A DNA stretch of 64,000 nucleotides. Origin: Candidatus Doudnabacteria bacterium. Lineage in GTDB: Bacteria; Patescibacteriota; Doudnabacteria; UBA920; 2-01-FULL-46-14. How positions within the stretch are numbered: the stretch's first letter is position 1; the number at the start of each line of letters is the position of its first letter. The notes beneath the pieces were generated by a model. The model was given only the letters and a program-made list of their open reading frames with translations, was not told the origin of the DNA and did no database searches. Of this stretch, positions 27,363 to 36,997 are shown piece after piece. The stretch lies in contig JBGQGB010000002.1 of assembly GCA_041497195.1 (NCBI GenBank), forward strand, positions 108,140-172,139, given 5' to 3'. The position numbers and the translations under genes are program-made.

Positions 27363-28685
27363 TTGAAACTCCAGGATTTAAAAGAAAAAAAGGTCGCTCT
27401 CTTGGGAATGGGCGTCAATAATCGTATGCTGGCCGTATACCTCAAAAATCACGGCGTCCGCTACGAAGTTTTTGACAATTGGCAATCACCAGGTGAATTA
27501 TCGGGAAAGATTGACGCTTTTGAGGTCGTTTTTCGGACCCCAGGTTTGCCTTTTTTTTCCGCTCCCGTACAGCAGGCCAAGCAGAAAGGCACACTGATTT
27601 ACAGCCAGACGAAGCTTTTTTTTGATCTCTGCCCGTGCCAGATAGTCGGCGTCACTGGGACCAAAGGCAAAGGCACGACCAGCGCACTCTTGGCTGAGAT
27701 TTTAAAGGCGGCAGGAAAAAAGGCTTGGCTGGCGGGGAATATCGGTGCGGACCCTTTTGAGTTTCTCGATGAGCTGTCTCCCTCGGACACAGTCATTCTG
27801 GAACTCTCAAGTTTTCAGCTGCAGGATTTGCACAAAAGTCCGCATGTGGCCGTGGTGCTCAAGATTACCCCCGAACACCTTGACTATCATCAGGATGCCA
27901 ACGAATACATAAACGCAAAAAAATCAATCGTGGCGCACCAAGCTCCGCAAGATTTCGCTGTTTTGAACTATGACAACGAAATAGCGCGCAGTTTTGCGTC
28001 GTCTACACCCGGGAAGGTTTTGTGGAATTCGCTTTTGCGCGCGGTCAAGCCCGGCGTTTACGTCGGGGAAGAGAAGATAGTGGTTAATACCGGGTCCGTT
28101 CTCGTCGAGCTCTGCCCTGTCTCAGAAGTGAAAATCATAGGCCGGTTTAACTTGGAAAATATCACTGCCGCTGTTGCGGCTGGGGTCGCTTTGGGTATTG
28201 AGGATTTTGCGGCAGCCCGGCAAGCCGTCAGGGTTTTTCGCGGGTTGCCGCACCGCTTGGAACTGGTCGCGGAGGTAAAGGGCGTGAAATTTTATAACGA
28301 TTCATTTTCGACCACGCCCGAGACCGCTATGGCGGCTTTGAGCGCTTTCGAGGAGCCGATAATTTTGATTGCCGGCGGGTCCGAAAAAAAATCAAACTAT
28401 GCGCCTCTGGCAAAAGCTGTCGCTACCAGCAAAGTCAAAGCACTTTTGCCCATCGGACTGACAGGGCCGAAGATCGCCCAGTTGGCGCGCTCGGCCGGAT
28501 ATCAGGGACGGATAGTGGGTGACCCTCTGCCGGATATGGCAACGATCGTGGCCCAGGCCAACCAAGCAGCCACATCTGGCGATGTGGTCCTTCTATCTCC
28601 AGGGGCGGCAAGTTTTGATATGTTTACCAACTACAAGCACCGAGGCGAGCTCTTCACAAAATTTGTAAAGCAGCTCCAGATTTGA
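27363..28685 (+). CDS. murD: UDP-N-acetylmuramoylalanine--D-glutamate ligase
   Basis: KVALLGMGVNN Rossmann N-terminus, GVTGTKGKGTT P-loop, Mur ligase C-domain. Start uncertain (TTG 27363 preferred; the GTG 27297 of the track lies inside the terminator/-10 region). Confidence 0.75.
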   Translation: MKLQDLKEKKVALLGMGVNNRMLAVYLKNHGVRYEVFDNWQSPGELSGKIDAFEVVFRTPGLPFFSAPVQQAKQKGTLIYSQTKLFFDLCPCQIVGVTGTKGKGTTSALLAEILKAAGKKAWLAGNIGADPFEFLDELSPSDTVILELSSFQLQDLHKSPHVAVVLKITPEHLDYHQDANEYINAKKSIVAHQAPQDFAVLNYDNEIARSFASSTPGKVLWNSLLRAVKPGVYVGEEKIVVNTGSVLVELCPVSEVKIIGRFNLENITAAVAAGVALGIEDFAAARQAVRVFRGLPHRLELVAEVKGVKFYNDSFSTTPETAMAALSAFEEPIILIAGGSEKKSNYAPLAKAVATSKVKALLPIGLTGPKIAQLARSAGYQGRIVGDPLPDMATIVAQANQAATSGDVVLLSPGAASFDMFTNYKHRGELFTKFVKQLQI

Positions 28686-29810
28686 ATGACACCCAAGACA
28701 AAGCAAAAAAAATTGCAATCTTCGAAAAAAGTCGACCCTTATATTTTAGGTACTGTGTTAGTGCTGTTGGTCGCGGGCCTGATCGCGGTTTCTTCGGCAT
28801 CGGCTGTCCTGTCTTTTGAGCGATTTGGCAACAACAATTATTATTTCTTCCGGCAATTGCTTTTTGCCGGGCTGGGCCTGATCGCCATGTTTATTTTCAG
28901 CAAGATTGACTATCATTTTTGGCGGAAATGGGCTACCCCCATCATGCTGGGAGCCGTCGTTCTTTTGATAGTGGTGCTGGTGCCTAAAATAGGGGTGAGG
29001 TCAGGAACGGTTGCGAGGAGCTGGTTTTTTTTGGGAAGTTTCGGGTTTCAACCCTCGGAATTGGCCAAGCTCGCGATTATTTTTTATCTGGCGGCCTGGT
29101 TCGAACGCAAGAAAGATGCTGAGAACAATTTTTGGTTCGGGGTGTTACCACCGTTGTTTGTGGCCGGCGGTGCTCTAGCCCTCGTGGTTTTGGAGCCGGA
29201 TCTGGGCACCACGATTATTTTGGGCGCGATTATCATGATTCTTTTGTTTGCGGCCGGCACTAAACTGAGATACTTAGGCGGGTTGGTGGCTGCAGCAGGG
29301 GCGGCTTTGTGGTTTTTGATAGTGGCGGCTCCGTACCGCGCTCAGCGCATCGTCACTTTTTTCGATCCGACTCTGGATCCGCGCGGGAGCGGCTACCAAA
29401 TCAATCAAGCACTTTTGGCGATAGGTTCCGGCGGGTTTTGGGGATATGGTTTTGGCGCCAGCCGGCAAAAACACAATTATTTACCGCAGCCCATCGGCGA
29501 CTCGATTTTTGCGGTCATGGCCGAAGAACTCGGCTTCAGCCGGGTAATTTTCGTAGTTTTGATTTTTGCCTTGCTCATTTTCAGCAGTTTACGGCTCGCC
29601 AAGAAAGCGCCTGACAAGTTTGGACAATTGGTCACCATCGGCATCACTGGCTGGATTGGCGTCCAGGCCCTCATCAATATTGGCGCGATTATCGGATTGG
29701 TGCCTCTGACAGGCGTGCCCCTGCCGTTTATCAGTTACGGGGGTTCAGCATTGCTGGCGATTTGCGGGGCAGTCGGTGTTTTGTTGAATATATCCAAGCA
29801 GAGGTTATAA
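28686..29810 (+). CDS. ftsW: SEDS-family peptidoglycan polymerase FtsW/RodA
   Basis: FGFQPSELAKLAIIFYLA, a 10-TM profile, and a C-terminal …PLPFISYGGSA motif. Confidence 0.8.
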   Translation: MTPKTKQKKLQSSKKVDPYILGTVLVLLVAGLIAVSSASAVLSFERFGNNNYYFFRQLLFAGLGLIAMFIFSKIDYHFWRKWATPIMLGAVVLLIVVLVPKIGVRSGTVARSWFFLGSFGFQPSELAKLAIIFYLAAWFERKKDAENNFWFGVLPPLFVAGGALALVVLEPDLGTTIILGAIIMILLFAAGTKLRYLGGLVAAAGAALWFLIVAAPYRAQRIVTFFDPTLDPRGSGYQINQALLAIGSGGFWGYGFGASRQKHNYLPQPIGDSIFAVMAEELGFSRVIFVVLIFALLIFSSLRLAKKAPDKFGQLVTIGITGWIGVQALINIGAIIGLVPLTGVPLPFISYGGSALLAICGAVGVLLNISKQRL

Positions 29811-29820
29811 TACAGTTATT

Positions 29821-31860
29821 ATGAAAATTGACGGTCTTGGAAACAAAACGATTTGGGAACAGGCAGTATCGAAACGACTCAAATCCCTGCGGCAGCGGCT
29901 GGGCGCTCCCCGAAAAATAGAGCACAAATATTTTTCGGCTCTAAGCCAAAATTTTCTGGATTTTCTAGCTCACGTTTTGCCCCGTCAGCGCTTGCGGGGA
30001 CTTTTCATTTTTACCCTCTCCGGTTTTTTGCTTTTGTTTTTACTTCTCGGGTTGCGTGAGTTGAACGCAGGGGCACTGGCAGGCAAAAAAATCTTAGGAG
30101 CTGCCACAACTGGAGTGCAATTTTTGCAAGACGGAAAAATCGATCCCGCTTTTGTGAGTTTTCAGGAGGCGGCAAACGAAATTGCCGACTCTAACGACGC
30201 CTGGGTCAAAGTGCTAAACATCCTACCTTTAGGCGTGACTTCCTCGGACCTGCAAAAGGCGGCAGAGGATATTGTCTCGGCTTTACGCTCCGCCAGCAGT
30301 GCAATAAAAATTTTTCAGCAGGTTCGCCTGGTCTGGGATCCTTCTTCCAATTCTTCGGATCAGCAGCTCTATGACGGGCTCAAAAATACCCATACTTACT
30401 TTCAGGACAGTCTAGATCGCATCACAGCGGCCAGCGAGGCGCTAAGCCGCGTGAATTTGGCATTTTTTCCGAGCAACGTGCAGGTTCAAATCAGAGAGGC
30501 GCAGTCTCGTTTGAATCTGGCGCAGACGGGTTTGCGGGGCACAATTTCTGCGGAAGATCTGCTACTGAATCTTTTGGGAGGGCAAAAAAAGTCTTATATG
30601 TTGATTTTTCAAAACAATAACGAGGCGCGCGCTACGGGCGGTTTTATCGGCACGTACGGGCTCGCAGATTTTGATAACGGTCGCATACAGCTCTACCGTA
30701 TAGATAGTATTTACAACCCGGACGGTCAGCTCAAAGAGCTGATCGCGGCGCCCGGACCGCTTCAGCGCCAGGAGACAAGCTTCTGGGGAATGCGCGACAG
30801 CAACTGGTTCGTGGATTTTTCCGAGAGCTCCAGAAAAATTTTGAGTTTTCTCCAAAAAGAAACGGGGATTGAGGCGCAAGGAGTCATTTCATTTACCCCG
30901 GACGTGTTTGAAAAATTTTTGGCCTTGACCGGTCCGATCCCGATGCCGCAGTATGGCGTCACTTTGACTGCGGAGAATTTCCGGGAGACGGTGCAATATA
31001 AAACTTCGATTGACTATGATAAGCAGCTCAACCAGCCGAAAAAATTCCTTGCTGATTTTGCCCCTCTGCTTTTGAGCGGATTGACTGCACTTCCGTCCAA
31101 TCAGTGGCTCGGGGTTCTCGACATTCTGGCGGAGATGGTCGCAAAAAGGCAGATTTTGATGTATTCGTCAGATCCAGAGTTGGAGTCTGCGATCAGTGCT
31201 TTTCGGGCAGACGGTGCTGTCGCGAAAACGAGCGGTGACTATTTGGCTATTTTCAACAGCAATGTCGGCGGCGGAAAGACGGATCAAAATATTCAGCAAA
31301 AAGTGGAAAAGCAAATCAACGTGATCTCCGGCGGAACGGCAATCGTTGATCTGAAAATCACTCGCACCCATCAAGGGTTTGATGAGAAATATTTCCCGAA
31401 AAATGTTGATTTTATGCGCGTATTAGTCCCGCCGCAAGCGCAGCTCCTCTCGGCTTCCGGCTTTGATGATGCCGCACTTTCGTCATCTACTAGGCCTGAT
31501 GCTGCCACTGACTCTGATTTGGCGGTTTGGGATGCCTCGATCAAGAGGGATGACGTCAACAAGATGTATACGGGTCAAGAGGCTGGTCACACGTTTTTTG
31601 CGAATTGGCTCGAGCTCGATCCGGGGCAGACCAAGACAGTGGAACTGAAGTACGAAATCAGCTTTGATCCCGGGAGCGGGTTTACTGAGATGGTTCAGAA
31701 GCAGCCCGGAGCGCCGTCCTACACTTTCGTGCAGACTGTGAATTATTTACCGGGCCTTGTTAAATTTTTCTACCCGCCGAGCTTTTCTCTTTCCGGCCAA
31801 ACCTTGACCCTTTCGGAGAACATAGACGGTAGCCAATTTTATGGAGTGATTGGAGAATGA
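29821..31860 (+). CDS. DUF4012-like membrane-anchored extracytoplasmic protein
   Basis: N-terminal TM, and NNNEARATGGFIGTYG / SSDPEL motifs recalled from DUF4012 proteins found in cell-envelope loci. Confidence 0.5.
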   Translation: MKIDGLGNKTIWEQAVSKRLKSLRQRLGAPRKIEHKYFSALSQNFLDFLAHVLPRQRLRGLFIFTLSGFLLLFLLLGLRELNAGALAGKKILGAATTGVQFLQDGKIDPAFVSFQEAANEIADSNDAWVKVLNILPLGVTSSDLQKAAEDIVSALRSASSAIKIFQQVRLVWDPSSNSSDQQLYDGLKNTHTYFQDSLDRITAASEALSRVNLAFFPSNVQVQIREAQSRLNLAQTGLRGTISAEDLLLNLLGGQKKSYMLIFQNNNEARATGGFIGTYGLADFDNGRIQLYRIDSIYNPDGQLKELIAAPGPLQRQETSFWGMRDSNWFVDFSESSRKILSFLQKETGIEAQGVISFTPDVFEKFLALTGPIPMPQYGVTLTAENFRETVQYKTSIDYDKQLNQPKKFLADFAPLLLSGLTALPSNQWLGVLDILAEMVAKRQILMYSSDPELESAISAFRADGAVAKTSGDYLAIFNSNVGGGKTDQNIQQKVEKQINVISGGTAIVDLKITRTHQGFDEKYFPKNVDFMRVLVPPQAQLLSASGFDDAALSSSTRPDAATDSDLAVWDASIKRDDVNKMYTGQEAGHTFFANWLELDPGQTKTVELKYEISFDPGSGFTEMVQKQPGAPSYTFVQTVNYLPGLVKFFYPPSFSLSGQTLTLSENIDGSQFYGVIGE

Positions 31861-33458
31861 GTGCGCTCAAAGCGACCATTCTCATAGCGAGTTTCAGCAT
31901 CCTGTCGAAACTTTTGGGGGCAGTGCGCCAAGCCGTATTTGCCCATGCTTTTGGCGCTGGGGTTGAGTCTGATATTTATGTAGCCGCTTTCCGGGTGCCT
32001 GATTTGCTTTTCAATCTCTTGATTTTGGGCACGCTATCGGTCGCATTCATCCCGGTTTTCGTTGATTATTTGGCCAAAGGAAGAAAAGAGGCTTTTCAGG
32101 TCGCTTCCACTATTTTCAACTTGACGCTCATATTGATGGCTGTCGTGGCGCTGCTTGGAATGTTTTTCAGCCCGCTGCTCGTAAAAATCATTGTGCCCGG
32201 GTTTTCTCGCGATGAGCAGGCCAAAACCGCGCTGATGACGCAAATCATGCTCCTGTCTCCTTTGTTTTTCAGCCTCTCTAGCGTCCTCACGAGTGTTTTA
32301 CAGTCTTTCAAAAGATTTGTTTTGGCTGCCATCGCGCCGCTTTTTTACAACTTTTCTGTAATTATCGGGATCGTTTATCTTTACCCGCGGTTTGGTTTGA
32401 AAGGAGTGGCTTGGGGAGTGGTCCTGGGAGCGTTTTTGCATTTCGCAATTCAGTTTCCGGCCACGTTTCGTTTGGGTTTACGGCCTTTTGAGTATTTGCG
32501 TTTGTCTGATCCGGGAGTGCGCAAGATCGGCAAGCTTTTTTTCCCTAGAATATTTGGAGTCGAACTGGGCCAAATTGCCCTCCTGGTCGCCTCGGTCATC
32601 GGCAGCTTCGCCGGCGCTGGCAGTTTGGCAGTTTTTTATTTTGCATATGATTTGGAGACCGTACCTTTGGGTGTTTTCGCCATTTCTTTCGCTATCGCGG
32701 CTTTTCCAACCATGGCCGAGCTTTACGGCAGAAAAGACAAGGAAGCATTCAAAACTTTTTTTTCACAAACGGTTGTCCAAGTGTTGTTTTTGATGATCCC
32801 GATTTCCGTCCTGACCCTGTTGCTGCGCGCTCAGATTGTGAGATTGATTTTGGGCGCGGGGTCGAATACGCATTTTACATTCAGTGACACCAAATTGACG
32901 GCCCAGGCCATGGGATTTTTCGCCCTGTCTCTATTTGCGCAAAGCCTGGTCCCCCTTTTGGCGCGAGGGTTTTACGCTTTGCAGAACACGATTATTCCGG
33001 TCCTGGCCGGATTTGTCGCAGCGGTCGTAGATATAGTTCTTTCCATTATTTTTACTAGATTGTGGGGACCGACCAGCATGGCCTTGGCTTTTTCTATTGG
33101 GATCACGGTGCAGATGATTATTCTTTTTGCAATCTTGCACCGCCGCTTGCACGGTTTGCGAGACGATTTTTTGCTCCTGCGAACCATCAAAATTTGCATC
33201 GCCTCAATCGTTATGGGGATTATGACGTTTATCACTTTGTACGCAGTAGCGCCCTTCGTAAACATGAGCACTTATTTGGGGGTCGCCACACAGACAATGG
33301 CTGCCGGTTTGGTGGCCACTTTAAGTTATTTTTTGGCAGGCTTGGCGATAAAGCTGCCGGAAACCAAAGGGCTTTTGTCAATCTTGCAATCCTGGTTTGG
33401 CAAATTCTCCAAACCCGTCACCGCCGCGATAGTGAGCATGTTTACGGATTTGAAATAG
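31857..33458 (+). CDS. murJ: Lipid II flippase MurJ (MviN)
   Basis: ILSKLLGAVRQAVFAHAFGAG…DIYVAAFRVPDLLFNLL N-terminus and about 14 TM helices. Confidence 0.8.
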   Translation: MSALKATILIASFSILSKLLGAVRQAVFAHAFGAGVESDIYVAAFRVPDLLFNLLILGTLSVAFIPVFVDYLAKGRKEAFQVASTIFNLTLILMAVVALLGMFFSPLLVKIIVPGFSRDEQAKTALMTQIMLLSPLFFSLSSVLTSVLQSFKRFVLAAIAPLFYNFSVIIGIVYLYPRFGLKGVAWGVVLGAFLHFAIQFPATFRLGLRPFEYLRLSDPGVRKIGKLFFPRIFGVELGQIALLVASVIGSFAGAGSLAVFYFAYDLETVPLGVFAISFAIAAFPTMAELYGRKDKEAFKTFFSQTVVQVLFLMIPISVLTLLLRAQIVRLILGAGSNTHFTFSDTKLTAQAMGFFALSLFAQSLVPLLARGFYALQNTIIPVLAGFVAAVVDIVLSIIFTRLWGPTSMALAFSIGITVQMIILFAILHRRLHGLRDDFLLLRTIKICIASIVMGIMTFITLYAVAPFVNMSTYLGVATQTMAAGLVATLSYFLAGLAIKLPETKGLLSILQSWFGKFSKPVTAAIVSMFTDLK

Positions 33459-33486
33459 GTTTTTGCTTTCAATTTTGGAGCCTGCC

Positions 33487-33514
33487 GCCCCCCTTGACCA
33501 GGGGGCTTTTTTGT
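33487..33514 (+). terminator. Rho-independent terminator after murJ
   Basis: GCCCCCCT-TGAC-CAGGGGGC stem plus TTTTTTG. Confidence 0.7.
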
Positions 33515-33554
33515 GCTAGTCTACCACCTAAAACTTACAAGGAGAATAAACGAT

Positions 33555-34244
33555 ATGTTAGACCTAGTCTCCCTCTCAATTTTGCTAACTGTCGTTTATT
33601 CGTGGGAAGATTTGAAACACCTCGCGCGACGGGTGGCTCGTATCCTGGCCCGCAGCCGGGAACCGATTAAGATCGTGGTTTCCAATCTGGACAAGTTGGT
33701 TGGTACCTTGGTGATGCTGGGCACTTTTCCAGCAACACTTCTCTTTTTCGTCAGCAGTGGAAAAACCTTTTTTGCTAACTTAATTTATGCCGCAGCAGGG
33801 TTGCTGTTGGTGTCTGTGGTCGCGGCCGGAGTGTCAGCTGTGCTCAAACGCGCGCCCTTGGCCATGGAATACGGTGGGGCAGCCGGATTAATCCCGATTG
33901 GGTTTTCTGCCGTGACTTTGTTCTTCCCGACATTTCGAATGGCGAGCAACCTGAGTCTGCTGCCGCGCCGGACTCTCGCGCAGTTTAGCTTTCTTTTGAG
34001 CCTGCCGCTGTTGCTGGGTTTTGTGTTGGGCAAAGTCGCTGGGGTTGCCTCCGCAGGCGAGGAGTACTTACCCAATATTCAAATTCTAATTCTGGTTTTG
34101 ATCGCAGCACTTTTTATGAGAATTTCCTCTAATTTCTTAGGCAAACATTTCCGTCTGTACCAGCTGAACGGTTGGTTTAGTTATTTCCGCATAGCACTCG
34201 GCATCGTTCTGGGTACCATACTTCTGCTCGGTTTTTGGCCTTGA
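33555..34244 (+). CDS. Hypothetical polytopic membrane protein
   Basis: Six or so hydrophobic helices and no motif recognised. ATG at 33555 is preferred over the track's start, which overlaps the terminator. Confidence 0.4.
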   Translation: MLDLVSLSILLTVVYSWEDLKHLARRVARILARSREPIKIVVSNLDKLVGTLVMLGTFPATLLFFVSSGKTFFANLIYAAAGLLLVSVVAAGVSAVLKRAPLAMEYGGAAGLIPIGFSAVTLFFPTFRMASNLSLLPRRTLAQFSFLLSLPLLLGFVLGKVAGVASAGEEYLPNIQILILVLIAALFMRISSNFLGKHFRLYQLNGWFSYFRIALGIVLGTILLLGFWP

Positions 34245-34306
34245 CACAAAGTGCGAATAGGGCTAGGCTCACTAAGCCAAAAAAATCAGGGAAGGAGGGA
34301 ACCTTG

Positions 34307-34594
34307 GTCAAACATAAGGACATTTTCGCAGGAGCGCGGACTGCTGAGGAAAAAATTAAGCGAGTCTTGTTGAGCCTTCGTGATGGCACAACGACGACTA
34401 TGGCGGCGCAAGCCCAACTGCAAGCAATTGCTACTAACAGTTACCCGGGTCGTGAGATCGATTGGAAGGACGTCAAGCAAATGCTTGACCAGATCGTTAA
34501 CAGCGTGTATGAGGCACTGCCAGCGCCAGATTTGAAGAGGGTCTGTGACGTGATTTGCGGACCTGTGGAAGAAACTGGTGATGCGCGGGAGTGA
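34307..34594 (+). CDS. Hypothetical small protein
   Basis: RBS AAGGAGGGA 6 nt upstream of TTG 34307. No recognisable domain. Confidence 0.35.
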   Translation, partial: VKHKDIFAGARTAEEKIKRVLLSLRDGTTTTMAAQAQLQAIATNSYPGREIDWKDVKQMLDQIVNSVYEALPAPDLKRVCDVICGPVEETGDARE

Positions 34595-34628
34595 GATATG
34601 TTGCAAATCTCTCCCGCGCTGTTTTTAA

Positions 34629-34656
34629 TGACAGGGGAGCGGAATCCTGGTATAAT
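34629..34656 (+). promoter_or_regulatory. Promoter TGACAG-16-TATAAT for lepA
   Basis: TATAAT at 34651-34656; the ATG of lepA is at 34667. Confidence 0.45.
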
Positions 34657-34666
34657 TTTAGTTATT

Positions 34667-36445
34667 ATGGAGCAGACCAAGATCAGAAATTTTTGCATTA
34701 TCGCTCACATTGACCACGGCAAATCCACCCTCGCGGACAGGCTCCTGGAAATCACGGGTACCATCGAAAAGCGGAAGATGAAAGCGCAAATTCTCGACCA
34801 AATGGATTTGGAACGCGAACGCGGTATCACTATCAAGCTGCAGCCAGTGCGCATGCAGTACCGCGGTTTTGAGCTCAATCTCATTGACACGCCTGGGCAC
34901 GTGGATTTCAGCTATGAAGTCAGTCGGTCCCTGGCCGCCTGTGAGGGCGCGATTTTGGTGGTTGACGCGACGCAGGGGATTCAGGCGCAGACTTTGGCCA
35001 ACGTCAATCTGGCCATTGAGCACAATCTCGTGCTCGTTCCGGTCGTAAACAAAATCGATTTGCCTAATGCCGAACCGGAAAAAACCGCATTGGAAATGAA
35101 AGAAACTTTTGGTTTTGCCGATGATGATATTTTGTTCGTTTCAGCGAAGACCGGCGAGAACGTCGAGGAAATTTTACAAAAAGTCATCGCCAAAGTGCCG
35201 GCCCCGCGAGGCAACGCCGCAGCCCCTTTGCAGGCGCTGATTTTTGATTCCAAATACGACAAGCACCGAGGCGTCGTGGCTTTTATCCGCGTAGTCAGCG
35301 GCCAAATCGTCACCAATGATAGCATCCTGATGATGGTGCAGCAAGCCAACGCCCAGGCCTTGGAGGTAGGGTATTTCGCGCCGGAGCTTCGCAAAAACGA
35401 GGAGCTCACTGCCGGCGAGGTCGGCTATGTGGTTACGGGACTGCGGGATGTCGCGGCGGCAAGAGTCGGTGATACGATTACACAGAGCAAAATGCCGGCC
35501 GCCCAGCCGTTGCCTGGGTATAAAGAGATCAAACCCATGGTTTTTGCCTCGATTTTTCCCACGTCCGGAGACGATTATCATATTTTGCGCGATGCCATGG
35601 AAAAGCTCAAACTCAACGACGCTTCCCTGACTTTTGAGCCAGAAAATATTCCGTCTTTGGGATTTGGGTTTCGGACGGGTTTTTTGGGGTTGTTGCACAT
35701 AGACATTGTGCAGGAACGTTTGTCGCGGGAATTCAATCTTGATCTCGTCTTGACCGCGCCGACTGTTGCCTATGTCGTGAAAAAACACGACGGAAGCGAG
35801 CTGACGATATATACTCCGACCGAACTTCCGGATCTGTCGGCGGTCGAGAGCATCGCGGAGCCGTGGGTGGGGCTTCACGTTCTGACCCCAGAGAAATATC
35901 TCGGCAGTATCATGAGTCTGGTCACGGGCAGGCGCGGCGTGTACAAATCAACGAGCTATCTGGGGCCGGGGCGTTTGAATCTTCACTTCGAGGTTCCGCT
36001 TTCGAACATCATCAGCGATTTTTACGACAAACTGAAAAGCGTCTCGTCTGGTTATGCTTCGATGAATTATGAGGTGCTTGATTTTCGGGTGGCGGACCTG
36101 GTCAAAGTCGACATCTTGGTCGCTGGGGATCGCGCGGATGCTCTGTCTTTTATTATTCATCAGGACTTCGCTGAGGCTGAAGGCCGCCGGACTGTAGAGA
36201 AACTGAAGACCCTCATCCCGAAACAATTTTTTTCGGTCGCTCTGCAGGCTGCTATCGGGAGCAAAGTCATTGCCCGCGAGACAATCGCGGCTTTACGCAA
36301 AGACGTCACAGCCAAACTCTATGGCGGCGACGTGACTAGGAAGATGAAGCTTCTGAAGAAACAAAAAGAAGGCAAAAAGCGGATGAGACAGGTCGGGCGG
36401 GTAGAGATTCCCCAAGCCGCATTTTTGGCCCTAATGAAAAAGTAG
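34667..36445 (+). CDS. lepA: Elongation factor 4
   Basis: IRNFCIIAHIDHGKSTLADRLL G1, DTPGHVDF, NKIDL, and a LepA-specific C-terminal domain. Confidence 0.9.
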   Translation: MEQTKIRNFCIIAHIDHGKSTLADRLLEITGTIEKRKMKAQILDQMDLERERGITIKLQPVRMQYRGFELNLIDTPGHVDFSYEVSRSLAACEGAILVVDATQGIQAQTLANVNLAIEHNLVLVPVVNKIDLPNAEPEKTALEMKETFGFADDDILFVSAKTGENVEEILQKVIAKVPAPRGNAAAPLQALIFDSKYDKHRGVVAFIRVVSGQIVTNDSILMMVQQANAQALEVGYFAPELRKNEELTAGEVGYVVTGLRDVAAARVGDTITQSKMPAAQPLPGYKEIKPMVFASIFPTSGDDYHILRDAMEKLKLNDASLTFEPENIPSLGFGFRTGFLGLLHIDIVQERLSREFNLDLVLTAPTVAYVVKKHDGSELTIYTPTELPDLSAVESIAEPWVGLHVLTPEKYLGSIMSLVTGRRGVYKSTSYLGPGRLNLHFEVPLSNIISDFYDKLKSVSSGYASMNYEVLDFRVADLVKVDILVAGDRADALSFIIHQDFAEAEGRRTVEKLKTLIPKQFFSVALQAAIGSKVIARETIAALRKDVTAKLYGGDVTRKMKLLKKQKEGKKRMRQVGRVEIPQAAFLALMKK

Positions 36446-36459
36446 CAGTATAATTGGTC

Positions 36460-36573
36460 TTATAAAACGCCGCTCTGGAAAAGCGGTATCAAAGTGAACA
36501 TCACCATGGCAAGGACCATGAGGATGGCGAGAGTGAGTGCGATTTTGTCGACGATTTTGCGATTTCGAAACAT
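36460..36573 (-). CDS. Possible 37-aa hydrophobic micro-protein
   Basis: Hand-translated MFRNRKIVDKIALTLAILMVLAMVMFTLIPLFQSGVL (ATG start, one TM helix). Not in the ORF track. Could be spurious. Confidence 0.2.
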   Translation of the reverse strand: MFRNRKIVDKIALTLAILMVLAMVMFTLIPLFQSGVL

Positions 36574-36613
36574 TGCAAATTGAGTATAACATATTTAAGC
36601 CGCGACACTTCAA

Positions 36614-36994
36614 ATGAATCTGGATTTTCTCAAATCGAAATTTTTCATCGCCGTCGGCTCGACTGCCCTGATCTTGCTCCTGTATTCTCTGGCCCTGCAG
36701 CTCAATAAAAGCTATGTGATCCACAAAGAGATAAGCGATTTGCAGTCCCAGATCGACCATTTCCAGTCTCAAAACGACGAAATGCTCAAACTCATCGCTT
36801 ACCTCAAGACGCCGGAATATCAGGTGCGCCAGGCCCGGCCGCTTCTCAACCTCCAAAAGCCGGGCGAGTTTGCGGTGGCACTTCCTCCTGTTCCAGACGA
36901 CCAAACAGGAGCCACTGCCGCGTCAAAACCAGCCGCTAATCAGACTGCCTCAAACTTGCGGGCTTGGTGGGACTATATTTTTGCTCCGCATTAA
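36614..36994 (+). CDS. ftsB: Septum formation initiator (FtsB/DivIC-like)
   Basis: Single TM, a coiled coil (ISDLQSQIDHFQSQNDEMLKLIAYL), and a conserved …ARPLLNLQKPGE motif. Confidence 0.6.
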   Translation: MNLDFLKSKFFIAVGSTALILLLYSLALQLNKSYVIHKEISDLQSQIDHFQSQNDEMLKLIAYLKTPEYQVRQARPLLNLQKPGEFAVALPPVPDDQTGATAASKPAANQTASNLRAWWDYIFAPH

Positions 36995-36997
36995 TTT

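Noticed and set aside
34598-34666. Track start of lepA (MLQISPALFLMTGERNPGIILVI…)
   Set aside because: This stretch contains the promoter (-10 TATAAT at 34651). The conserved LepA N-terminus begins at ATG 34667.
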